A stretch of DNA of 64,000 nt from an uncultured virus (IMG/VR IMGVR_UViG_2061766007_003336) (lineage: Duplodnaviria > Heunggongvirae > Uroviricota > Caudoviricetes). Below are positions 50,901 to 57,705 of this stretch, in pieces; within the stretch, counting starts at the first letter, position 1, and each line of letters opens with the position of its first letter. The DNA lies in IMG/VR virus record IMGVR_UViG_2061766007_003336; one strand, written 5' to 3'. The notes below the pieces were generated by a model that was given only the letters and a program-made list of their open reading frames with translations, searched no databases and was not told the DNA's origin. The position numbers were made by a program, and so were the translations under genes.

Positions 50901-50987
50901 TATCTTCATCTCTTCGATTCCTTCCTTTACGCTCTGCTCCACATCATCGGGCTTGCAGCCCCATCCGACTTTTGAAAGTTCAGGCAT
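44940..50987 (-). CDS. rpoBC: Single-chain fused beta-beta' DNA-directed RNA polymerase (~2015 aa)
   Basis: beta motifs (ISPLGMGG, LALGKN..AFMPY.G.NSEDS, GDKLTG.YGNKG, RINPGQ) then beta' motifs (IPVPPP.MRP, DLSGR, NRAPTLHR, NADFDGD at 46875-46895, EDCGT, RSP.TC....ICQKCYG, AAQ..NEP.SQ); ATG at 50987 after gggag. Confidence 0.95.
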   Translation of the reverse strand: MPELSKVGWGCKPDDVEQSVKEGIEEMKIPLTKKADGPYITFENVEFKRDSSADSTMAIKEAVTFQKSILTKVYGDVVEYDGGRKKVLERHLQIGQLPQLLEGRNTFMVTGSEYNLINQPRRKSSVYVYTTNGGQGGAVADFNLAKGRNFDLSMDDASGLVVMNIGNGSVAIRPMLESLGFTRKDLVDCTDEQFAKDHWDAVDAQQTQINNFRKLYGKLYEFKQEDVRTIPLEDLRKGCKEYFEQTAVDPKTTKYLFNDEHKKIDKAFMKEILKKFYEVNAGEDEGIDPDDLYYQKLYPPNMLFKDRLQKVTNEIANGVRHKIKLGHAYSKIFNNIFSKYLVSLVNSSDLSRLDPQYNPIGMYVASTKISPLGMGGISDVNAVSRAKRGVHSSYFGIIDPTASAQGMNVGIQLNMTDDVKIDKSGEIYLPLSTPGGEVKNIPLADTYDKKVLVPEVASDKNRYVMYKGKMQKLKKGEHYDYKLPHGTSSLFNTVNQLVPFPQATQGNRSFMTARQVTQAVPLKYGETPLVEPVDDKGVSTYRKMRKDLESLLPMESPYSGTVTKVGDGKIELKDENGKKQVIQYHEYLPFATNTGVNQTPLVKPGDKIRKGQMVVQDGYTTDDGKLALGKNLKLAFMPYYGENSEDSVVISESCAEKLTSLHYHTFSSKINDNFILDKQRFMNMFGSKYQNLVDFDKYDANGVIKKGETVKYHEPVMLIIERRTPDDRIAQLGKISNKIVVDLVDGSQLYETVTDGKVVDVASKKGFVSVTVVSEDRAVVGDKLTGMYGNKGTIGKIIPDDQMIRDESGQPIDVIHSSIVVTTRINPGQVYENALGKIVASGKKKEHYKVPVAKNPTADNLNDFTVKEMQKYGIKDKEILFDPTTGKNIERPIAVGYTYFMKLLKGDKDLSARGVGPSYSYAGTPSKGGHEGAKGIGAAEFGALVAHNARAFLTDAGNIKAQKNDEYWKGMEMGIPVPTKTTSGTWEQTKGLLTAAGGYVTQDNESISIMPVTDKITDRLAQHREIQTPALLNSKDLEPMKKGLFDPNTTGGLNGKLWSKLKLEDGIISPMVEGHLRLVLGKSEAEMKSWQANSTTKQMKKELDAFDIDGRVKELTAKSKKNDLSNNEIKELRFLKNTQKRGDKLSDYIITEIPVPPPIMRPITKLQDGGVQVSDVNLFYKDIMLANEGLKSVKDTAFAPDAKKVLLNNVGALVGTEETANIQLRKKGSRGVLPYLSGVGSPKNGYIQSTLVKKNQDLSGRARIVADASLSMDEIGIPEVMAWKMFEPHVMNKLKQIGVPPLEASQMMLEHTPQARKALEDVTAETNVLYNRAPTLHRFGMLAAHPKIIPDTSIHLNLTATQPLNADFDGDAIQIHVPSNAKVSRSLDKMLLSKNVFNDVKIGGLSIGFLSETILGLYQMSKKDPKKFRADMNAILKGAADVPVPCDKKAAKKMFATAARNAPDRITEIYDKIQHLGTKYATEIGSTVGVEDIKPMTKERDKILNKYSRAIENEKDLKKRAQLLQSAQNEAKDAARNHPGDLRLNVESGAKGSDMQLASIVVSPILSYDPDKPVQTAVLTKGSYGEGLNMYDFWQQNIKVKKDAIATALNVATPGAMLKLMTYNVMKEVITMEDCGTDAGVEVDWNSDEVLGKVIQETVPGIKKGSVITSDNQSKLPHRKILVRSPKTCAAKEGICQKCYGTDSYWKFLDIGTNVGLRAAQGANEPISQKALDSKHGGRDITRDVGGGGLERLTNVFSSDSSKAGVATLSERDDTVSEIEIRKGAPAMIYMESGKKYRVHPDSDILVKVGDKVKLGDKLTEGVLPYTDMTRLKGVKAGRDALIEDLKLVTEGSVDDRTLAVIAKGAVNYVEVMSAFDSYLPGDTISYNTLLDLGKKKGVPVKPSELLPGMSLAEEVGEYSAGTRLTQSDIDDYFKKEGPKTILVFPEGVRVKPVVKSFYTSGMLEDDWVSNLAQKYIKRTITEAVAEGKVSPAESTSPVTPWLVGRPFKENGPKY

Positions 50988-51076
50988 AGTAATCTCCCGC
51001 CAACAGTTAACACCCGGCCAATATACTATTAAAAGCAAAAAAAATAAAGAATGCGCTGAGGCGTTTTTCCCGTATG

Positions 51077-51092
51077 AAAATTGACATAAGTA
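51077..51092 (+). promoter_or_regulatory. Plus-strand phage promoter-like motif, copy 5
   Basis: aaaattgacataagta upstream of the NAD cluster. Confidence 0.6.
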
Positions 51093-51153
51093 GGTGAGAC
51101 AGGAGTTTCGGCTGAACCCTGTCAAGTTGATCAACTTAATTTTGGAGGAGAAC

Positions 51154-51990
51154 ATGAAAGCAACATTCTCAGAACTCGTCGCTGCAATCAGAAACGATCT
51201 CGCGGGACGAAAGGCGGTTATAGGAATCTCCGGCGGAAAAGATTCCTCGATAGCAGCTGCGCTCATTGCGCTGGCTATCGGAAAAGAAAACGTCGTCGGC
51301 ATCTCGATGCCGAACGGTGAAGGCAAAGAAGACGAACCTTTCGTTAAGGCTTTGGAGAAATGGTTTGACCGGGAGTTCATCAAGGTCAACATCAAAAGCA
51401 CTTATGAAACGATGCTGGCTCAGATGAAAGGGATCGAGATCCTGGAGGACACCAGGATCAATCTTGCTCCGAGAATCAGGATGGCAATGCTGTTTGCCTA
51501 TGCGCAGAGTATCCCCGGTTCGCGGGTAATAAATACCTGCAACCTGAGCGAGGATATGCTCGGCTACTCGACGTTATTCGGGGATCTGGCCGGCAGCTAT
51601 GCCCCGTTGAAGTATTTTACGGTAAACGAGATCATCTCGGTTCTCGGGGAAACTCTCATCAAAAGCTACGGATTTCCCAGAGAGCTTGTTTACAGAGTTC
51701 CTACGGACGGTCTGTGCGGCAGCACTGATGAAGAGAAACTAGGCTTATCGTACTACGAGCTTGACAGCTTTATCAGGACCGGTAAAACCCTCGGGCCGCA
51801 AGACTGGTTCCTTGAGCGGGATTACGGCTGTTCAAACCTCGATCGTCGTATCGACTTTTTAGCTAAAGTACGATCTAAATACGAGGCCAATAAGTTCAAA
51901 CTCCGGATTGTCAATATACCTGGCCCGTCCATTGACCCGGCACAAGGTAAGAATTTCCTGGTCTACCCTAAGAACGGCGAAACAGAATAA
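51154..51990 (+). CDS. nadE: NH3-dependent NAD+ synthetase
   Basis: VIGISGGKDSS, NLAPRIRM, NTCNLSE...GYST.FGD, PTDGL...TDEEKLG.SY.ELD; ATG at 51154 after ggaggag. Confidence 0.92.
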   Translation: MKATFSELVAAIRNDLAGRKAVIGISGGKDSSIAAALIALAIGKENVVGISMPNGEGKEDEPFVKALEKWFDREFIKVNIKSTYETMLAQMKGIEILEDTRINLAPRIRMAMLFAYAQSIPGSRVINTCNLSEDMLGYSTLFGDLAGSYAPLKYFTVNEIISVLGETLIKSYGFPRELVYRVPTDGLCGSTDEEKLGLSYYELDSFIRTGKTLGPQDWFLERDYGCSNLDRRIDFLAKVRSKYEANKFKLRIVNIPGPSIDPAQGKNFLVYPKNGETE

Positions 51991-52010
51991 AATTTTTAAA
52001 GGAGGAGAAA

Positions 52011-52595
52011 ATGACAACAAAGTATTTGCTCGTCATAGACGGACAAAACGACTTCATCACCGGATCACTCAGAAATGAGGAAGCGATCCGCAAACTTCCT
52101 AACATTCTTAAGAAAGTTAAGGAGACGGATGTTAACGAGACCATGATCATCGCGACCCAGGACACTCACGGCGAGAATTATCTTGAGACGCTTGAGGGGC
52201 AGAAGCTGCCTGTCCCGCATTGTATCTACAGCTCGTGGGGCTGGCAGATCGAGGATGAACTCTACAGACTTTTGACTGAAGTCAAACCGACAGAGATCCG
52301 GAAACCGTTCAAACCGGCCACCGGCGTCGGCATTGTGACCAAGCCGACGTTCGGCAGCCTTGACCTGCTGGAAGGCATCTACACAGAGGTAGAAGATACC
52401 CCGGTAGAATTTGAGATCATAGGGTACTGCACGGATATCTGTGTGATATCAAACGCTCTCCTTCTGAGAGCGAAGTTCCCCAATGCTAAGATAACGGTCG
52501 ACGCATCATGCTGCGCGGGCATAACGCCTGAGCTTCATAAAGCTGCGCTGGCGGTTATGAAAAGCTGTCAGATTGACGTCGTTAACGAAGAATAG
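52011..52595 (+). CDS. pncA: Nicotinamidase (isochorismatase family)
   Basis: LLVIDGQNDF, TQDTH, PHC, KPTFGS, GYCTDICV. Confidence 0.9.
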   Translation: MTTKYLLVIDGQNDFITGSLRNEEAIRKLPNILKKVKETDVNETMIIATQDTHGENYLETLEGQKLPVPHCIYSSWGWQIEDELYRLLTEVKPTEIRKPFKPATGVGIVTKPTFGSLDLLEGIYTEVEDTPVEFEIIGYCTDICVISNALLLRAKFPNAKITVDASCCAGITPELHKAALAVMKSCQIDVVNEE

Positions 52596-52603
52596 GAGGC
52601 GAT

Positions 52604-53419
52604 ATGATAATTATAGACGGCAAACCTTATAAATGGGAGCATTTTCCCAATAACGAAACCAAATTTCCGTTTGTTGATATCCGAACCGATTCACAGATCA
52701 CCTGGCTTTGGGAAAATAACGAGGAGTTCTTCGTTATCCAGATGATCACGAAACACCTTAAGGACCACGACGGGAAGGTCAAACTCGTTGTTCCGTTCTG
52801 TCCCTACGGGCAGCAGGACCGCAAGATGCCTGGACAGCTCTTCAGCTGGAAATACTTTGCGCAACTGGTCAATGACGCAGGCTTCTACAGCGTCGTTATT
52901 GTCGACCCCCACAGCAGAGTTATGACCGCGTCACTCAACCGCAGTTATGCAACGTATCTGGAGCTTGACATGAGTACCCTGTTCCGCAGAGGGTACGATA
53001 TGGTGTTTTACCCTGACAACGGGGCTGCCAAGAAATATAGCGAGATTTACACCGATGTCCCTTACCGTTTCGGCAACAAGAAACGCGACCTGAGCACCGG
53101 AAAGCTCACCGGTTACGAGGTTATTGCCGATAAAAAAGATATCGAGGGCCAGAAAATTCTGATCGTAGACGATATCTGCATGGGCGGAAGCACCTTCAGG
53201 GAAGCTGCGAAAGCGCTCCTTGAGATGGGCGCTGAATGCGTGGGTCTCCAGATCACGCATTTTATGCCCCAGTCAGAAGAGTTCCTGAAGCATTTCAGGG
53301 AATACGGCATCAGCGAGGTTTACACTTACGGCGACGGTATATCCCGTCTGCTCTACGCAAATATGGATGCCGAGGAGTGTAAGTTTATTTCTTTAACGTC
53401 TAGACTGATAGGAGAATAA
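52604..53419 (+). CDS. prs: PRPP-synthetase-like pyrophosphokinase (Adps-like by context)
   Basis: FPNNE, PYGQQDR, DPHS, PDNGA, ILIVDDICMGGSTF. Confidence 0.85.
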   Translation: MIIIDGKPYKWEHFPNNETKFPFVDIRTDSQITWLWENNEEFFVIQMITKHLKDHDGKVKLVVPFCPYGQQDRKMPGQLFSWKYFAQLVNDAGFYSVVIVDPHSRVMTASLNRSYATYLELDMSTLFRRGYDMVFYPDNGAAKKYSEIYTDVPYRFGNKKRDLSTGKLTGYEVIADKKDIEGQKILIVDDICMGGSTFREAAKALLEMGAECVGLQITHFMPQSEEFLKHFREYGISEVYTYGDGISRLLYANMDAEECKFISLTSRLIGE

Positions 53420-53420
53420 T

Positions 53421-55226
53421 ATGAGTAGACCATGCACACTTTTGAAGACAGACTTCTACAAGCTCTGTCACCTGAATATGTACGACAAGCGTGTCGTACG
53501 TATGACGTCCTATCTGACCCCCAGAGGGTCGAGATTTCCTGAACAGAACTGGGTGATGATGTTCGGACTGCAGATGTTTGTACACAGATATCTGCTCAAG
53601 GACTTTGACAACAACTTCTTCTCACTCCCGTGGGAAGAAATCGAGGAGCAGTACAAAACGGTTCTTGAGAAATCGCTCCTCTATTCCGAAAGGGAATACA
53701 GTCAGACTCTCGAGAAGGTAAAGGCGCTTCACGACCTCGGATATCTGCCGGTAAAGGTCAGGGGTCTCCCTGAAGGCAAAAAGGTTCCTGTAGGCGTTCC
53801 CTGCGTTGAGATCAGTGTTACAGACGACCGTTTCGCCTGGGTAGGCCAGGCAGTCGAATGTCTTCTTTCCTGCAGTATCTGGCATCCGATGGTGTCGGCA
53901 ACAGTCGGTTACCGTTACCGCGAGCTTGCGCATGAGTTCGCGAAAAAGTCTTCGGACAAGTCGGACGGAACGATGTCGATGTGTGACTTCTCGCTTAGAG
54001 GTCAGGAGAGTATGGAATCAGCGGTCGCCAGCAGTGCAGGCTGGCTGGCATCGATGAAGAACAGCTCTACCGTTCCGGCAAGGGCACTCATAGAAGAGTG
54101 CTATCCGGCAACGGACAAGGACAAACTTCAGGTCTACGGTCTTACTTCGACAGAGCATTCCGTTATGACAACGGACTTCGCCATCAACGGCGATGAACGT
54201 GAGACCTACCGCAGACTCCTTACAGAGGTCTATCCGAACACCAGTTTCGCGGCTGTATGCGACAGCTACGACTACTGGCGCGTACTTACCGAGATACTTC
54301 CGTCGCTCCGACCTGAAATCGAGGCGCACAAAGGCTTCATAGGAGTACGTCACGACTCGGCTGAACCTGTAGAGGCACTCTGCGGCATTCCCCAGATCGT
54401 AATAGAACGCCCAGCAGCGCCGGATCCGAAAGGCGACTATAAGGACCTTTACGAGAAAGCGATCTCAGCATGCGGCGACTGTTTCGCCGAATACCAGGGA
54501 TCCGGTCAGAAGTTCGGTGAAGAGTTCAAGGTCTTCATCATCCTTACCGACAAGGAACATCCATACCCGAACCTCGGCAACCAGTATCTCGGCAAGATCG
54601 TTACAGGCAAATACGCTGTCGACAGATCAGACGGAATCTCCTATAAGATCACGAACGTCGAAACCCGTGAACGCACGTGGGAAGAGAAGGGTATGATCGA
54701 AACGGTATGGGAGATCTTCGGAGGAACAATCAACTCCAAAGGCTATCGTGTAAATAACCCGCACGTAAAGGCGGTTTACGGAGATTCTATCACCCTTGAG
54801 CGTGCAAGGAAGATTTTCGAGCGTATGGAAGCCAAAAAGTTCGCTATCGATAATATCAGTCTCGGCGTAGGCAGCTTCTCGATGCAGGCTGTCGAGTGGG
54901 GCGGTAAGCTCTACCCCTTCACAAGGGATACGTTCAGCATTGCCGTCAAATGCACATGGGCACAGCTGGACAACGGCACCAGGATTCCCGTCTATAAGGA
55001 TCCCAAAGGATTCACTGGCAAAAAGAGCCAGAAGGGCCTCTGCCTTGTTACCGAGGATCCTGAAAAAGGCTACGTCTTCACCGACGGTCACCTCGATCCT
55101 GAGCCGCTTGAGGCCGATCCTCATAATGCAATGATCACCTACTTTGCTAACGGATCCGAGGCTGAAGGACCGCAGCGTGACTTCGCTTACGTTCGTGAGA
55201 ACATCAATCAGTATTTCAAAGACTAA
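53421..55226 (+). CDS. nadV: NAMPT-family phosphoribosyltransferase (Namat-like by context)
   Basis: TDFYKLCH, DFSLRG, STEHSVM, DSYD, RHDS, GDSIT, TRDT, KDP...KKSQKG. Confidence 0.88.
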   Translation: MSRPCTLLKTDFYKLCHLNMYDKRVVRMTSYLTPRGSRFPEQNWVMMFGLQMFVHRYLLKDFDNNFFSLPWEEIEEQYKTVLEKSLLYSEREYSQTLEKVKALHDLGYLPVKVRGLPEGKKVPVGVPCVEISVTDDRFAWVGQAVECLLSCSIWHPMVSATVGYRYRELAHEFAKKSSDKSDGTMSMCDFSLRGQESMESAVASSAGWLASMKNSSTVPARALIEECYPATDKDKLQVYGLTSTEHSVMTTDFAINGDERETYRRLLTEVYPNTSFAAVCDSYDYWRVLTEILPSLRPEIEAHKGFIGVRHDSAEPVEALCGIPQIVIERPAAPDPKGDYKDLYEKAISACGDCFAEYQGSGQKFGEEFKVFIILTDKEHPYPNLGNQYLGKIVTGKYAVDRSDGISYKITNVETRERTWEEKGMIETVWEIFGGTINSKGYRVNNPHVKAVYGDSITLERARKIFERMEAKKFAIDNISLGVGSFSMQAVEWGGKLYPFTRDTFSIAVKCTWAQLDNGTRIPVYKDPKGFTGKKSQKGLCLVTEDPEKGYVFTDGHLDPEPLEADPHNAMITYFANGSEAEGPQRDFAYVRENINQYFKD

Positions 55227-55235
55227 CAAGTTAAC

Positions 55236-55261
55236 GGCGGGGCAGCTCGGGCTGCCCTGCC
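55236..55261 (+). terminator. Hairpin after the NAD cluster
   Basis: ggcggggcagc-tcgg-gctgccctgcc; weak U tail. Confidence 0.45.
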
Positions 55262-55279
55262 TTACCTAAAGGAGGAAAC

Positions 55280-55645
55280 ATGAATGAATACTTTCTTTTA
55301 GAATGGCACGCCGATGAGGCATTCCGCCAGCTGAAGCAGCTCTGTAAGGATTTCCCTGCAGAAACATTCCTGTACCACAAAGCGGGATACGATGAGAAAG
55401 ACGTTTCTGAACTGATCCAGTGGGTGGACGAGCATTACTGCAACATCGATCTGTTCCGCTACAAGTATCTCGTGCACATGACCCCTGAGCAGGTAGAGCT
55501 GCTCCGGATCAGACGCAGTGAGTCCGGAGAGAGTATCTACCCTGATCAGGCCGACAACAGCGAAATTGCTGCGGTAATGAGATATCTTGCTATGCTGGGA
55601 GCCTGGAGTGCATGCGTAGCGGGTCGGAGGAGTATCACGACCTGA
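55280..55645 (+). CDS. Hypothetical protein
   Basis: RBS aaggagg. Confidence 0.7.
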   Translation: MNEYFLLEWHADEAFRQLKQLCKDFPAETFLYHKAGYDEKDVSELIQWVDEHYCNIDLFRYKYLVHMTPEQVELLRIRRSESGESIYPDQADNSEIAAVMRYLAMLGAWSACVAGRRSITT

Positions 55646-55763
55646 GCGACTGCCGGCTCCCCGTTATGGTCCTTGATATGTATACTGCAGGGCTCAGCTA
55701 TATTGAAGACCAGTTTGTGAAACAATATCTTCCAGACAATAACGAATAAACAAAGGAGGAGGC

Positions 55764-56519
55764 ATGCGGTTCGGAATCATTTTAGCGCGACTGAGAAAGA
55801 AAAAAGGCTATTCCCAGGACGGTCTGTCCCGCAAGCTCGGTCTCAGTCTCTGTCCACTCAGGCAGTGGGAAAAAGGTGATAGGCTGCCGACGGAAGACAA
55901 TTTTCTGAAGATCCTGAAAGTGTTCGGAAGAAACGAGATGCTGATAGAGGCCTACTATAGGGCCCGCAACTCGGAAGGCGGATCAGGCACACGCGCCTTC
56001 AGAAACCCGCAGGGAGAGTCTTTCGGCAGCAGACTGAGACAGCTGATGACCGAACGTGAGCTCTCTGCCAACTCACTAGCCAGGTATCTTAAGGTGACGA
56101 CCAATATGGTACGGACATGGCTCAGGGACCAGAAACTTCCTTGTGCAGGCAACTTCGACAAGCTCTTTGACCTGCTCGGGGAGGATCTTGTTCTGGTAGA
56201 GCTGTACGTCTCTACACAGAAGTTTCAGCACAGCTGGGCCATGCTGCGCAACAACCAGAAAAAACAGAAGAGGTGTCCAGGACCGAGATCAGCATTCTGT
56301 GACACGCTGAGAAACGAAAGGCTGAAGCTGCACATGTCCCAGGCCGACCTGGGGCATGAGCTCGGGATCAGCAACTCGGCTGTGTCTTTGTGGGAATCGA
56401 AAGGAGTGCTCCCCGATCCGCCTAAATTCGAGCGGCTGGCGGGCATCCTCAATCTGTCTCAGGAGACCCGTGACGAATATGCAAAACTTAAGAAAAAGCG
56501 GTTGAAAGGAGGAGTGTGA
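55764..56519 (+). CDS. Triple XRE helix-turn-helix protein
   Basis: Three repeats of F...LR......SQ..L...LG.S...V..WE....P. Confidence 0.88.
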   Translation: MRFGIILARLRKKKGYSQDGLSRKLGLSLCPLRQWEKGDRLPTEDNFLKILKVFGRNEMLIEAYYRARNSEGGSGTRAFRNPQGESFGSRLRQLMTERELSANSLARYLKVTTNMVRTWLRDQKLPCAGNFDKLFDLLGEDLVLVELYVSTQKFQHSWAMLRNNQKKQKRCPGPRSAFCDTLRNERLKLHMSQADLGHELGISNSAVSLWESKGVLPDPPKFERLAGILNLSQETRDEYAKLKKKRLKGGV

Positions 56520-57118
56520 TGAGTGAAAAGAAAAAACAGTATAAGCTGTATTTAGGCAAGGCGTGGAACCAGTTTCACAAGCACTGGGAAACTATTGACC
56601 TTCTGTGGGGGGATGACGGTATCAGATTAAGCTATGATCCGATCCATAATGTCTACGACAGTCCGGTTTACGGACACTCAGGTGTCGACTGGCTGAAGCT
56701 GCTGGATTACATGGACCTTAGGGAGTATAACCTGATAACAGGCATCTCCGAAACCAGGTTCCGGGAGTTGTTCGCATCGATCGGGATGTATTCTGATGTG
56801 ATCGATGCTTTGCACATCCAGTACGAAGTCTCAGGCATGCGTCTCCCGATAGACAAAGACCGGACGATCTTCAGTAAAGCCCACAGAGCTGACCTGCTGA
56901 AACAGATCGATGAAAAAATCAAAGAGTCCTATGACTTTGCAATGAACGTTGTGATGGAATACGACGTAAAACTTGCAGACCGTACTGCAGACAGGATGAT
57001 CAAAGAGCGCCGTGAGAAACTTAATAAAACGCTGGACTGCGCAAAAGCAAACGTCGCTGACATCGAGCAGCGCATAGCTATGCTCTGCGGTCCTGAAGAT
57101 GAAAAGGAGGAAAAATGA
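56519..57118 (+). CDS. Hypothetical protein with C-terminal coiled coil
   Basis: Translationally coupled ORF. Confidence 0.75.
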   Translation: MSEKKKQYKLYLGKAWNQFHKHWETIDLLWGDDGIRLSYDPIHNVYDSPVYGHSGVDWLKLLDYMDLREYNLITGISETRFRELFASIGMYSDVIDALHIQYEVSGMRLPIDKDRTIFSKAHRADLLKQIDEKIKESYDFAMNVVMEYDVKLADRTADRMIKERREKLNKTLDCAKANVADIEQRIAMLCGPEDEKEEK

Positions 57119-57705
57119 AAATCAGTCTTACAGACTTTAGCAGTATTCTTCAGCATCGCCTCGTCAAATCAAAGACGGCAAAGCGCCTGGCATTCGAAAG
57201 TAGCCTGCTGCATCTGAAGGCTCAGACACAGGCATTAGCTGAAGAAATCCTGCCGTATGCAAGGACAATCTCGCTCAGCCGGCGTGAACCGCTGCCCGAC
57301 GCAGCAACGGCTAAATGGCTCGGCAAGTTTGACCGGTTTCTGGTTTCGCGCAAAAAGAATACTTTAGGTTTCCGTATCTGTGGCACCTACAAGAATGTGC
57401 ATCTTACTATGACGGCAGGATCCGACCCGGAACGGTATCATGTCTATGTGGACGTTTTGGATGACGCAAAAATAGTTATTGAAATTTACAACGCTGGCGA
57501 CTACTACACGTTTGAGGTTCCTAAGAACAGCGCTGTGCCAGAGCTTATCCAGACTGAAAGTCGGAAGGCAAAACCGATTTGGTACTTCGACGGCGTAGTC
57601 GAATGTATCGACTCGTTCTGCAAACAGATTCCGGATTTCTGCAAACGTTTCCAGAAATACGTAGAATCTGCAGCAACAGAATTAGGAGGAAGCAATGAAT
57701 GTTGA
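57115..57705 (+). CDS. Hypothetical protein
   Basis: RBS aaggagg, coupled ORF. Confidence 0.75.
   Translation: MKISLTDFSSILQHRLVKSKTAKRLAFESSLLHLKAQTQALAEEILPYARTISLSRREPLPDAATAKWLGKFDRFLVSRKKNTLGFRICGTYKNVHLTMTAGSDPERYHVYVDVLDDAKIVIEIYNAGDYYTFEVPKNSAVPELIQTESRKAKPIWYFDGVVECIDSFCKQIPDFCKRFQKYVESAATELGGSNEC

Noticed and set aside
50988..51401. 138-aa N-terminal extension of the RNAP ORF in the track
   Set aside because: It is the antisense of nadE plus the intergenic promoter region; an RBS-supported ATG lies at 50987.
55545..55749. Second frameshift extending 55280-55645 into a -1 frame that ends at 55749
   Set aside because: The frame is open and protein-like, but no slippery sequence is evident, and an ATG at 55612 could start a separate 45-aa ORF; unresolved.
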